A stretch of 64,000 nucleotides of DNA, from NCBI GenBank assembly GCA_965644315.1, contig CBFFRQ010000067.1, positions 372,001-436,000 on the forward strand. Direction: 5' to 3'. Positions 22,401 to 33,584 of this stretch are shown one piece after another; position 1 is the stretch's first letter; each line of letters starts with the position of its first letter. The notes below the pieces were generated by a model. That model had not been told where the DNA came from, ran no database searches, and was given only the letters and a program-made list of their open reading frames with translations. Source of the stretch: Caecitellus pseudoparvulus (lineage: Eukaryota; Protista; Bigyra: Bicosoecida). The translations under genes and the position numbers were made by a program.

Positions 22401-25400
22401 GAGCTAGTATGTGAGGAGAGTATCAGCTCGTGTTCGTCTAGCGCAGCTTCAACATTCACTGTCCGGGAGTGAGTCCGAAGCGCGACTCCGTCCAACGTGA
22501 TGGTGATGTTCACTGTCATGCTTCCTGAACAGCACGCCTGTCCGTAGAAAGCGTAGAAGCGCCCCGTGAACGGCACCAACAGTGACTCACACACTCCACA
22601 CGCACCACTGAAGCTGTGGAACATGTCAATGCGGTCTGAAAGGAAGCCCGTCGGCGTGTACAGCAGGGGGCCAAGTGCAAGCCTGTAGCGGTTCATGAAC
22701 CAGCGCCCTTGCACCAACTTATCGCCGCCACCAGTATTGATCGGTGGAACGCTTGATGAAGTCGCACCGATGCTCCAGCCAGCAGGTTGAGCCTCTTGCA
22801 CCATGGCTGGTGTGGGCTCTTGTAAGCAGACAGTTGGCCTGAAGGAGTTGGACGGGAAGCTGGCGAAATAGTACACTGGCCCTGGCTCCTCAGGAAGATC
22901 ACACAGCGGCTCAAAAGAGGCCCCAGCAAGGCACTCATCCACTGTGACAGCTGGTGTGGTTGCAGTAGCTCCAGTTGCTGAGAACGTGGTAGTGCTTGAC
23001 CAAGTGGTTGCGGCTGTGCCAGTGCCTGAGGTAGACTCTCCAAGGAAGCAAGGAAATGCGTATACAGACTGGCCCCACGCCGAAACCCCTGAAGGCACAC
23101 ATACATCCTGATTTGTCAGTGCAAGTGGCATCTGCATGCAATGTCTCGGGCCTTTAGTGTCGACGTACACTTGCAGTTTCTCAGCAGGGTCTGTGCTTTC
23201 CCAAGACCAAACTCCTGCCGCCGCTGGCAGTCCGTACTGGTCTTCGTGAGTCGTACAGAGATGCATGACATACACCCCAGAAGGAGTGCGAAGCACTTGG
23301 AAGTCTGAGACTTTGGTGGCGTGCGCGACTTTGTAGCAGAAGCCATCGTTCACCTCGGCAGGCTCGCTGCCGTTGGTAGCAAGAAAGGAGGAGAGTCGGG
23401 TCACGCCTTCGCCAAAGCTTGAGGCAGTCCAAGCCAAGAGAACGTCTTCGACGGTGCCCAGAGCCATGGAACTGTTGCAGCTTGAATCAGCACACACATG
23501 GCTCAGAGCAATGGAGCTGGAGGCGGGCACAGCGCCTCGAGCTGAGTGCCAGCTCCAGGATTCCACTTGCTGATCGACGCTTCGCACATGTCTGAAGGCT
23601 GTCGCTGCACCGAATGTCTGCACTGCGAACTGTGTTGCAATGGATGTGTTCGCAGAGCTTTGAGTCTGGTCTCCGGTGCTGAAGAGCGCGTCTGTGCCAG
23701 GAAGTGCTTGGGCTGAGAGCATCTCAGCTCGTGCGCTGAAAAAACGCACCTCCGATCCAATCAAGTGTGCTGCAGCACGCGAAGTCGTGAAACTCTCAGC
23801 TGCCACAGAAAGAGCCAGGAAGGAGATTGCTGTTCCATCCACACTGGCCACGTAGCAGTCCCAGCTCACGTTCTGCAGTTGCAATGTGGTGACTCCCAGC
23901 TCGAGACCCGCCGCTTCTGTGCCTCGACTGGCTGAAGACATGTTCAACGAGAGCTGCACAGATTCTGTCTCATTCTCAGGGACGCCTGGGAGTGCAGCGC
24001 ATGATTGGGCGAAGGTGGGGTTTTCGTGCGCATCCAGGGGCTGCAAGAAGAGCTGCAAGCCCACGCGAGTGCCGTTGTGCAGGAGGCGGGCCGCAACTGT
24101 GCGAGCTGCGCTGGCAGGGGCAGGTTTCACGAGCACTGACTGGCCAGTCGAAGCCCACTTGGGCTGTGGGCCTTCGATGCCAGGAGCAGTTCCGACAAGG
24201 AGAGAAAACACCCCGGCCGTCTCCAGCGACAGAGTAGCGAACCCTGCTTCGCTGCAGTTCCAAACGACCACCACTTCTGCAGGCGACTGAAGCGCGACGC
24301 AGCCTGGGCGTGATCCGCAGCCCAAGCAGAAGAGCGGGACATGCAGCGTTTGCCCTGCAGTGCCGGATATGACAGTTGTAAGGTTCACAGCGCTTCCTGA
24401 GGTTTCGCTGGACTCCACAGTTGACGCATTTCCAGCCATGTGTTGCACGCTTTGCTCAGGAAGTACGAACACTGTGAGCTCCACCAACACTTTGAATCGC
24501 GGCTCAGACATCGCCACGATGACTCTAAGGCAGCCAGCTGCGAGAGCTTGCATGCCGCTTCCTGCCGAGATGTGTTGCCAGCTCGCTTGAGGCAAACCGT
24601 CGCATGGAGGGTCGAGCACCCCGAGCTGCAGACCGGCATGCAATGCCCCGTGCCTTGCGGACACCGTCACAACAGAGCCCACAGTCACATTCACAGCGGC
24701 ACTCCCAGCATCGACAGAGACCCGCCATGCAAGTCCTTCCCCCAACCGATTCGTGGCACGCAGTGCAACATGAGTCGGCACGCTGGCCAGGGTTGAGTTC
24801 AAGATTGTGAGTGTTGCCGAGCGCAAAGGCAGCGTCGTGTTTCCGGTCAAGCTCATCTGAGGGCGCAGCTGGACACTGCCTTGAACGACAGGAAAATCCC
24901 ACAACACGATCGGCACATCAATCCACAGCAGGCCGGCCTCTTCCCATCGAGTTGGGGCCCCTGGTCGCACTCGCAAGCTCAAAGAAGCCACAGGTGGCAG
25001 TCCACTCTCCCCATGTACGCCCTCCACTGAGACCACGAATACCTCAAGGGCCCCGAGCAGCGTGGCTGGTGCATCTGCTGCAAAGAGGTCTGCCTGATCT
25101 GGGCTGTAAAACGCAGCTCGCAAAACCAACGTACAAGCATCGCCTGTCCAGCAAACTTCCTGCTGCACAAGGGACCATGCTTCAAACGGGATGTGCTGCC
25201 AGGAGACATTCCATGCCATGCCCATACCAGATGCCCAGAAGAGAGCATAGCCCCATGGCGTGTCTGGCTGTGCTGGGGACTGAAGCCACGTAGCACCGGA
25301 GGACAACGCAGCACTGCTCATGTTGTATGCGACCAGAGCAGTGCTGAAGTTTGACGTGGAGCAGGAGCGGTTCAACTGCCCGACCTGCATGACGTCCAAC

Positions 25401-27053
25401 ACAGCCAAGCAAGGATCTGGCAGCCCTTGCATGATGCGGAGGAAGCTCGCTGCGCCGGCAGCAGTGCTCGCCAGGGCTGGTGAATCGCGCTCTGACCACA
25501 CCGCTGGCAGCTCTCGCATGAATCCGAATCCAGCAGATGGCGCCCCCACGGACGTACCCAAGGCAGCACCCCACGTGGAATTCACAGTCGGTGCCAGGGT
25601 GAGCAGAACAGGGAGTGTGCTCAAGAATGGCGCGCTGTGTCCTCCTGTGAGCGACATCAGCGGCTCGGACTGGCTGCTGAGGGCACTGCCCGCGACGAGC
25701 CACACAGCAATAGGCGCTGAAACAGACCAGACATCATCTCCGATCTGAACACACACAATGCAGGCTGAACGGCCAGGCACACTTGGGGTGTCTGCCGAAA
25801 GGCGCAGTGCCTGCGATGTGTTTGTCTCAGCAGCTAGAATAACTCGAGCTGGCTCATCAGAGCCAATGTCCCAACACCACACAACTGGGTATGTTCCGTC
25901 AGAATAAGTTGCTGACGCTGTGACGTTAAAAGTGATCGACGTGCCTGGAGATGCTTCGAGTACGATTCGGTCAGTTGCAGCGCCGGTAGCTGGGCTCAAG
26001 CTCGGTTGGCGCAGCGTAGAGTTGCTGGCAAAGCCACGGCTGTGAATGAGTAAGACTGCATATGACTCTGCACCACCTTCGAACCACACCTGGTGGGCGA
26101 GGTGGTCAGCGTTGCTTACTCTGGGCAGAGCCGGGCAGTCCGAGATGTTGACGCGCAGCAGGCCCAATGAGATATCCAGTGTCTCGCTTGGCAGCGAGCT
26201 TCGCGACGAAGATTCCACATGAAACCAGTTATCAAAGGAATATGACGTGTATGCACTTGTTCGACATGTGGCGTTGCTCCCGCCAGCTTCCCCCAGCACC
26301 GTCGGCTGTCCGTCCAGAGTCGCTGATGGCATCGGTGGGGTCGGCATTGAAGCTCTGCGAGCGCGGCAGCGCAAGCCGAGGGCGTTCAAAATGCTCAGAG
26401 GGTGATTTCTGCCACATGCATACGAATACTCACGGTAAGTACATGCGCTCAGCTCCTGGCCTCCAGGTCAGAAGTAGTTGCAGTGTAGAGGCTGCGCCGT
26501 CATCAGCATTCAGCAGAGGCCTCCAGTTCAGTGGAACTTCCACGCGTCCGGAGATCAGAGGGGAGCTCGACAAATCACAACTGAAAGCAAGCGCCGTGTT
26601 TGGGCATGAGCTGGCGCGGAATCTCGCAGGGTGGACCAGACCGCGCGTTCACGCACGCCACTGAGCCAGAAGCTTGCAGCACAGACAACAGTTGCACTCC
26701 TTGCAGCACTGGCTGGACACTGAAGGCTGTCTCGTTGCATGGTGCATCAATGTGCAGCTGTCCAACATAGACTGACCACGCTCGTAGCCTTGGAAGTGGG
26801 TCTGACCCTTCCACCTGCAGGCAGTGGGGCGAGGCGTGGCTGGCCGTCATTTGGACACGCCATTCACGTGGTCGCGTCGTACAATCCTTGCCCTGAAACT
26901 GCACTGGGCAGCGTGCAGGGGGCCCCAGCATGCATGCTGCAGACTCCCCGAAACAAAGCGGTGGGCACTGGACAGCGCAAGGTCACCCGGGCCCAGCTCT
27001 GCGTTGCTGTGCGGAAAAAGCAATACGCAGAGCAACAGGGCAGTGGCACGCAT
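16427..27053 (-). CDS. Giant type-I membrane protein (about 3470 aa): signal peptide, filamin/Ig-like repeats, (SPSVTASV)n stalk, TM helix, about 400-aa cytoplasmic tail; 4 exons
   Basis: Signal peptide MRATALLLCVLLFPHSNA at 27053. Introns about 26815..26867 (donor uncertain), 26581..26656 and 26355..26433 join in phase to the 3320-aa ORF. Repeated V.PG/P.....S...D..GN units; TM AAYIGGGCALVALIIIGVIVHW followed by RRKH. Confidence 0.8.
17826..19310 (-). repeat. Coding tandem repeat, 24-nt unit x about 62 (SPSVTASV)
   Basis: Unit gatgccgtgacgctgggcgacacc on + strand; contiguous, no spacers. Confidence 0.97.
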
Positions 27054-27405
27054 GTTGCCCCACGCGTCCCTCAGCGAGACCTTGGTCGACGCCTCGAGTC
27101 GATCCGGCGGGAAATGACATCTTGTTCTCCCGGCGAAAGCCAGACACTGTCAAATTTGTTGCCAGCAAAGTCTGGGGCATGTGCTTGGCAGGGGCTTGTC
27201 AGCCTTTCACCGCGCGCCCCGGCACTTTTCCCGCTCCACGTCTGGGCAAGTTGCATGACGACTCAAGGCCACTGCCGACGCCCAATGAGGAATTTACGTG
27301 CTGTTTAGCGCCCAGCACAGACCCCGACGAAACAATTGAACGTTCTCAGCGAACCGCTGCACTCCGAGCCTTCCAAGCCTGGACCAACCCTGCATCGCAG
27401 CCGAA

Positions 27406-28560
27406 TCAAGCGGCACTGGTGGCCCACACCTCCACCGCCACAATGTCAAATCGCTCTGTCTGTAAGAGTGAAGCCGGGTTGCTGAAGGTCTTGCAGGGTG
27501 ACGAGGTGCCGGCTTGCAGGTCACCCTCGAGGCAGAGCCCGAATCCAGCTCCTCCTCCTCCAACTGCAAGGGACGCGGGCTGTGCCAGCTGGAACAGCTT
27601 GTTCTGACCAGACCAGCCATAATGCTCTTGCTGCGGCTGCAGAGAGAACACGGCGCTTTCTCCAGTGCCGAAGAAGTGTCGCTGCACAACCCACGGTCTG
27701 CATGTGAACGCGGCTGCCGCTGCGCCGGACGAGGACAGCACGACGAGGAGGCAGTCCCGCACCCCCTTGCAGCGGCGGTAGAGAGTGCTCAAGTTGTATC
27801 CGTGCACGTGTGTGTGGAAGGCCAGGCGCCACCTGGGCGTGTGGCAGCGCCTGGGTAAGTGCGGCAGGAGGAAGTCCACAAAGTCAGGTGTCAGTACCAG
27901 GGGAGCGTCAGGTGGCGCCTTGAGCTGAGCAGTCAGCAGTCTCTGGGGCGAACGACCAGCAGCACCCACAGTTGCCTGGCCGTGGCCGCCGCCACCAGCT
28001 GCGCCAGGCTCCTTCTCGCCGTGGCTTGCTTGTGGACTGCGAGGGTGTGCGAGGGGGGAGTTGCCCTCCTCATCGCTGCCCTGCACCACCTGACGCCGCC
28101 CGCCATCTCCTAGGCCCATGCCCAGCTCCACGTCGCCGAGTAGTGGCTGGTGTGCGCCATCGGTGCTCTCCCCACGCGGCCGGTGTCCAGCCGGCACCAA
28201 GTGCACCATGAGCCAGGCAGGCAGCACAGCTGCTGCTGCAGCGCGCAGAGTGGCCAGAGTTCGACGGCAGGAATGCACAGCTTCAGCACACACTGTCTGC
28301 ACTTGTGCAAGGTATGGACACCACGAGGTGCACGCTGCCAGCAAGGCCGCTGCAGCGCGGCTCGCCAGCGAGCAGCACTGAGCGGTCCCTGCTCGCACCC
28401 TGGACGTGCACTGCTCCCAAGCTGACGGGGCGTAGGACCGAGCAAGCAGGGCAAGAAGCAGCGCACCCAAAGCGATGAATGTGATTGCGTGGAACCAGTC
28501 CATATGGGGCTCCGTGCTCGCTGCCGGCTGCACTGGCTCTGACTTTGTAGTGGTAGTCAT
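27406..28560 (-). CDS. TLDc-domain (OXR1-like) protein with N-terminal hydrophobic segment
   Basis: WRLAFHTHVHGYNLSTLYRR, FFGTGESAVF, LAVGGGG..FGLCLEGDL..GTSSPCKTFSN and FDIVAVEVW. First ATG is at 28560; start uncertain. Confidence 0.85.
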   Translation of the reverse strand: MTTTTKSEPVQPAASTEPHMDWFHAITFIALGALLLALLARSYAPSAWEQCTSRVRAGTAQCCSLASRAAAALLAACTSWCPYLAQVQTVCAEAVHSCRRTLATLRAAAAAVLPAWLMVHLVPAGHRPRGESTDGAHQPLLGDVELGMGLGDGGRRQVVQGSDEEGNSPLAHPRSPQASHGEKEPGAAGGGGHGQATVGAAGRSPQRLLTAQLKAPPDAPLVLTPDFVDFLLPHLPRRCHTPRWRLAFHTHVHGYNLSTLYRRCKGVRDCLLVVLSSSGAAAAAFTCRPWVVQRHFFGTGESAVFSLQPQQEHYGWSGQNKLFQLAQPASLAVGGGGAGFGLCLEGDLQAGTSSPCKTFSNPASLLQTERFDIVAVEVWATSAA

Positions 28561-28700
28561 TCGTGAAACTCTCGCGAAACGCCGGGCCACTTGTCAACTG
28601 CTTGTGGTGCGCAGCTTGCCAGAGAAGCTGCACCTGTGTCTGAAGAGTTTCCCAACACAATCTTTGCATTGCAGACAGAGCAGGGCGACAGATTTTGGCC

Positions 28701-30478
28701 TCACAAGGCGCCTACAGCCGATGCAATGGCTGCCGCAGCACCTGTGGCCACGACGGCTCCTGCCACCTGCACCCAGGTGGGGATGCTGTCCAGCTCCAAG
28801 AGCAGACGCAGCATGGGGATGTTCTTGTTGTTGTAGGGGGCATAGCGCTCAGCGGGATCCAGGAGGGGGTAGGACGGGTGGTGCATGACGGCCTTGCAGT
28901 GGCTGAACTCGTCGAACCCCCACTTGCCGTGGTACGCGCCCATGCCAGACGTGCCAACGCCGCCGAAGGGCAGGTGGGGGTTGCCGTTCTGCACCAGGCA
29001 GTCGTTGACGCAGGCACTGCCGCTTGTGGTGTGCGCCAGCACCTTGTCCGCCACAGCCGCGTCCTTGCAGAACACGTACAGTGCCAGCGGGCGGTCGCCG
29101 CTGTTCACGAAGGCGACCGCGTCCTCCAGGCGATCGTAGCCCAGGACAGGCAGCACTGGGCCAAAGATTTCCTCTTGCATGAGGGCACAGGCTGGGTCTG
29201 GGTCCGCGATGATGGTGGGTGCGATGTACAGGTCCTCGCGATCGTGCGACCCGCCTGCGACCAGCTTGGCCGAGGAGCCCTCCTCGCCCACCTTGGCAGA
29301 GTCAATGAGGGCCTTGATGCGGTCCCAGTGCCGGGTGTTCACGATGCGGCCGTACGAGTCCGACTGCTGCGGGTTCTCGCCATACGCTGCCAGCAAGGCA
29401 GCCTTGAGTTTGGCGAGGAAAGACGCCTTGATGGATGAGTCAACCAGGAGGTAGTCTGACGCAACGCACGTCTGGCCATTGTTGGCCCAGCGCCCCTGCA
29501 CAATGCGGCGGGCTGCAGCGTCCAGGTCTGCGTCGGCAGTGATAAACGCTGGGCTCTTGCCGCCCAGCTCCAGCGTGACGGGGGTGAGGTGCTCCGCAGC
29601 AGCCCGCATGACGATCTTGGCCACCATGGGGTTGCCAGTGTATACGATGTGGTCTGCCTGCTGCTTCAGCAGCTCTGTCGTCTCCGGCACTGCGCCCTGC
29701 ACCACTTGGATGGCGGAGGCGTCGAGGTACTTCGGCACCAGCTCGCTCACCAGAGCTGCACAGTGCGGAGAGCATTCAGACGGCTTCAAGACGGCAGTGT
29801 TGCCTGCGGCTACGGCAGCCACGAGAGGGTTCAGGATCAGCTGCAGGGGGTAGTTCCATGGGCTGATGATGAACTGTGGAGCAGGCAGCGGCAGGGGGAG
29901 TGTATCAGGGTGTGACGTGTGAGCACTGCGTTTGCGCAGCGCAGGCGACACAGCCTGAGGCTGGGCCACGCACCACGACCCCCTTGGGCTGTCGCTGGAC
30001 GGCACTTGATCCGGGGATTGCCCCGATGGGCGTGCTGACCTGCGGGAGGCGGCGTGTGAGTGGTGCGCGGCATGCCGTTGGGCGCCAGGATCAACTTCCG
30101 CAAACCCCGCCAACGCACCGTCTCTGGCTTCACCCACTGGTCCACGTGTTCGAGGGCGTGTGTTGCCTCGGCAATGACTGTGGACACTTCCATGATGACG
30201 CCTTCGAACCTGTGAGGCGCACGCGCGGCTGCGCTTCCGTCATTGGCGTGGTGGGGCGCAGGTGCTGGCGCTCACTTTGGTCGGCGCAGGTCCGCGTGCA
30301 GCGCCTGCACAATGGCCTCCTCGTTCTCCTTCACCATCTGCAGAATGCCACGCAGCTGCTGCTTGCGCCACTTCATGCTCAGCGTCCGCCCGGACAGGAA
30401 CGCCTCCCTGGCTCCTGACACGACACCTGCGATGTCGGCCACAGCCGTGTAGGCCAGCTTGCCAGCTGCTGCTGCCAT
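28701..30478 (-). CDS. Aldehyde dehydrogenase family 3 (fatty aldehyde dehydrogenase-like) with C-terminal membrane anchor; 4 exons
   Basis: Introns 30210..30275, 30040..30118 and 29874..29973. Motifs SPWNYP, LELGGKSP, NGQTCVA, EEIFGP and LPFGGVGTSGMGAYHG. Confidence 0.93.
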
Positions 30479-30752
30479 GATGGGTGATGGTTGGGCGTTG
30501 CGCGCAGATGTCGACATTGCACACACGAGGCATGGAGTGAAGAGGGGTGTGTTTGGGAAAGTGCCTCGACCTGTGCTCTGCCACGGCGATCTTCACGAGT
30601 TCGGAGAGAGCTGTGCTGCGCCAGATTGTGGCAGGAGCGGTGCTGGCATCCAAGCTAGCGAAGGACAAAACGAATGCAAGCGCAAAGGAATCCCACGGCG
30701 CTTCTTACTTGGCACCCATTCGTTGCCCTGCCCAGGTGTCTAGTCTGCCAGC

Positions 30753-32014
30753 ATGGCCTTCGGCGCGTCGTGGCGGCGCATTTCGCGCTGGCTGGCAGCT
30801 GGTCCGAGCTTTGCTGCGGCGCTGGCCACAGGGCAATGTCTGCTGCACCTTCACACACCGGCAGCAGCTGAAGCATCTCGTGCAGGACCGACGCTAACTG
30901 CTTCGAACCCACCAGGTACGGCGGCGTCCCTGGGCGTGAGCTGCGGCATTTCCATGCGAGCTGGACCGATTTCCGCAGCTGGCAAGCCAAAGAGCGCCGC
31001 AGAGGTGATACACACTGAAGACTTCAAGCGAGCGGTGCTGGAGAGGGAGGGAGATGTGCTTGTGGAAGTGTTTAGCCCCACATGCACCGCATGCAAGGCT
31101 TTGGCGCCACGCCTGTTTGCCGCACTCCAGCTGGCTCGTGGAAGCTCTGACGTGCCGCCTCTGTCACTGGTGCAGATTGTAAGCAACTGGGCAGCCGTGT
31201 CCGCACAGCTGCGGCAACGATTCACATACCCGCGCCTGTCATGCCCAGGACATTGACGACAACGAGCAACTTCCTGAGCAAGTTGACACGGTGGGTCGTT
31301 GCCACATCTGAGCTCCAATCCTGAACGTGAGAAGCACACTTTGTGTTCGCCTCTGCGCAGCCTGCCACGCCCCGGCTGTACCTCTTCCCCCACAACGCCA
31401 AGGATGGCGCCCCCTTGCAAGTGCCCATGCTGGAGCAGGGCGAAGAGGCGCAGCACCCAGGCTTGCCCACCGTCCCAGAACTGCTGGCGTTCGCTGCCGA
31501 GCACGGGGGGCAAGCAGGCCTCACTCACGCCACAGCCCACACAGCAGCAGTTGCCGAGATGCAGGTGCGCCGAATTAACTGGATGTTCGAAATGGCGGCC
31601 CCCGTCGCGTTCTGGGTCTGCTCCACTGCTCTGGAAGAGCTGGCCGAGGCAGACTTGCCGCCAGGCTTGACCGAAGCGGACCGCGCAGCTGCCACTGCTG
31701 CCTTCAGGGACTTGCAGGCGACCACGAATGTGCTGTCAGAGCTGATTCTGGGCGGGGCGACGCACGAGGACGTGGATGCCGTGCAAGCTCAGTTCTTCGC
31801 CGTCATGGATGGGCTCATGCAGGTGTGTGCAGCGGACAAGTTTGACCTGGACGCCGTGGACGGCGCCTCAGGTCTGCTGCTGTGGGCGAACAGGTGCCAC
31901 TTTGCAGATCCGGAGTCTGAGGAGTACATTTACGCATTCACGTCGGTGGCACAGTTGTACGGTGAGCGCATGCTTCGTGGTGAGGCGGCCGTGTCGGACG
32001 CAGAGGCGCGATGA
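30753..32014 (+). CDS. Thioredoxin-fold protein (CTAC) with possible mitochondrial presequence and unknown helical C-terminal domain; 3 exons
   Basis: VLVEVFSPTCTACKALAP. Introns 31179..31248 and 31291..31360 give QIDIDDNE...TPRLYLF (cis-Pro-loop-like). N-terminus is Arg/Ala-rich and acid-poor. Confidence 0.7.
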
Positions 32015-32043
32015 ATGCAGCAGCACCGGGCACATCGGGAGCG

Positions 32044-33152
32044 TCACCTGCCCTCAGCTTCCCTGGCTTGCGCTGCCCGCTTGCGGAAGGCAATGTCTTG
32101 CGCCATGGCTTTGGATCGCAGCGACATCCAGTTCTTCGGCTGCCACATGGCGTCTTTGTGTGTAACACGCGCCTTCGTGCGGCTCCTCCAAAAGCTCTCC
32201 CCGATGAACGCTGCTCGCGCTTTGACTTGCATGTCCATGGCAGGCATGAGAAGCTGGCCGTTCGCGCGGCCGAACTCCACGAACTGGTGCCGCAACATCT
32301 TGCCATCGTACTTGCCACTCTTCAACTTTCCCACCAAGCGGTTCACAACAGCGCTGTTTCCCTTGGCGTTGTGCACATCCCTCACCAGCAGCTCCAGCTC
32401 ATCGCTTGCTGCGCCAGGGAGCCGTGGGGGTGGCGGTGCTCTAGTGTGCTGCAGACAAGTGCGCTGCGCTGTGTGCGGCCCATAACGCACTCAAGCTGCC
32501 GCTTCCATCCTTGTCGTACAGGTCAAAGATGAGCATGAGGAGTCCGTCCGCATCCATAGTGCCTGCGACTCGCAAGGCGAGACCCTGCGTCCAAAGAAGC
32601 CCTGCATGTAGGGATCGAGCTCAGCACGGCCCACATACAGAAGTTCCAAATGCTGAACAGCAGCTCTCGAAAGTCCTGTTGGGGGGGAACAGGCAAGGTG
32701 CGAAAAGGATCCGCGCCTTTTCACTCGCAGGTACACATACGAGGGCGCCCGATCCGTCAGAGTCAAAGAGTTTGAAGGCTTTCCGAGTGAACTTGGTCTT
32801 GGGAATGTCTGTGGGAAGTGCGCAGGGCCTCGTGTGCCTTTTCGCGGCATCTTTGCCTTGTTGTCCCGAGTCACAGCATCCGCGTTTCACCGGCGTTGCT
32901 CCACGCACCCATGATGTCCAACAGCTCGATCAAGTCAATGGTTCCGCTATTGTCTGTGTGAGATATTGGAGAACTGCGCTGCACATGCTTTCGCTGATTG
33001 GTATCACCGTTTCTGAGCTCACCTTCGTCATACTGCTCGAAGATCTTCACGAAGGCATACGCCTTGCCCTGCATGTTGAGCAGGTTCAAGGTCCCACCAT
33101 ACGTAGCTGTCATGATGTCGAGAGTCTTGCTCTTGGCACAGCAGCACCCCAT
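32044..33152 (-). CDS. Calcineurin-B/NCS-like EF-hand calcium sensor with MGCCC acylation motif; 6 exons
   Basis: Five GT-AG introns assemble the loops DEDNSGTIDLIE, DSDGSGALDFRE and DKDGSGSLTSDE. Confidence 0.8.
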
Positions 33153-33584
33153 GGTTCCTGCCTGTGCGCCTGGCTTCCAGCAACGGACCTGCGTGCTGGG
33201 TCTGACACCCACCCGAAAAAGCAACAGAGATGTGAGCAGTTGGTGCCGGCAATGAGCACCAGGGCATAGAGATGCAGACAGCGATAGCCATGAGCAGGTC
33301 GTTTTCGTGCTGCTGCTTCAATGTGGGTCGGTGAGTCAGTTTTGTCTGTCTGTGCCATTCTCTGGAACCCCGTAGCCGAGCTGGTACTGTGCAGATGAGC
33401 CATCTCACAACAATTCGAAGCACAGAGGTAAAGTTACCATCCTCCAAGTGACATCTGGAACCCTGCCTCGTGCAGATCTGTGAGGCAGTTCTGGCCGCTC
33501 AGTAGCCGGGTCACGGAGAGAGCAAGGTGCAAAGGGCTGAGGCTTATTCAAGAGTTTCCCCCATCTAAGGCACCCCATATCGGA

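Noticed and set aside
32012-32485. Stop-start TGAATG suggesting reinitiation into ORF 32015..32485
   Set aside because: That ORF is antisense to the EF-hand gene; the ATG is better explained as part of the AATGCA motif.
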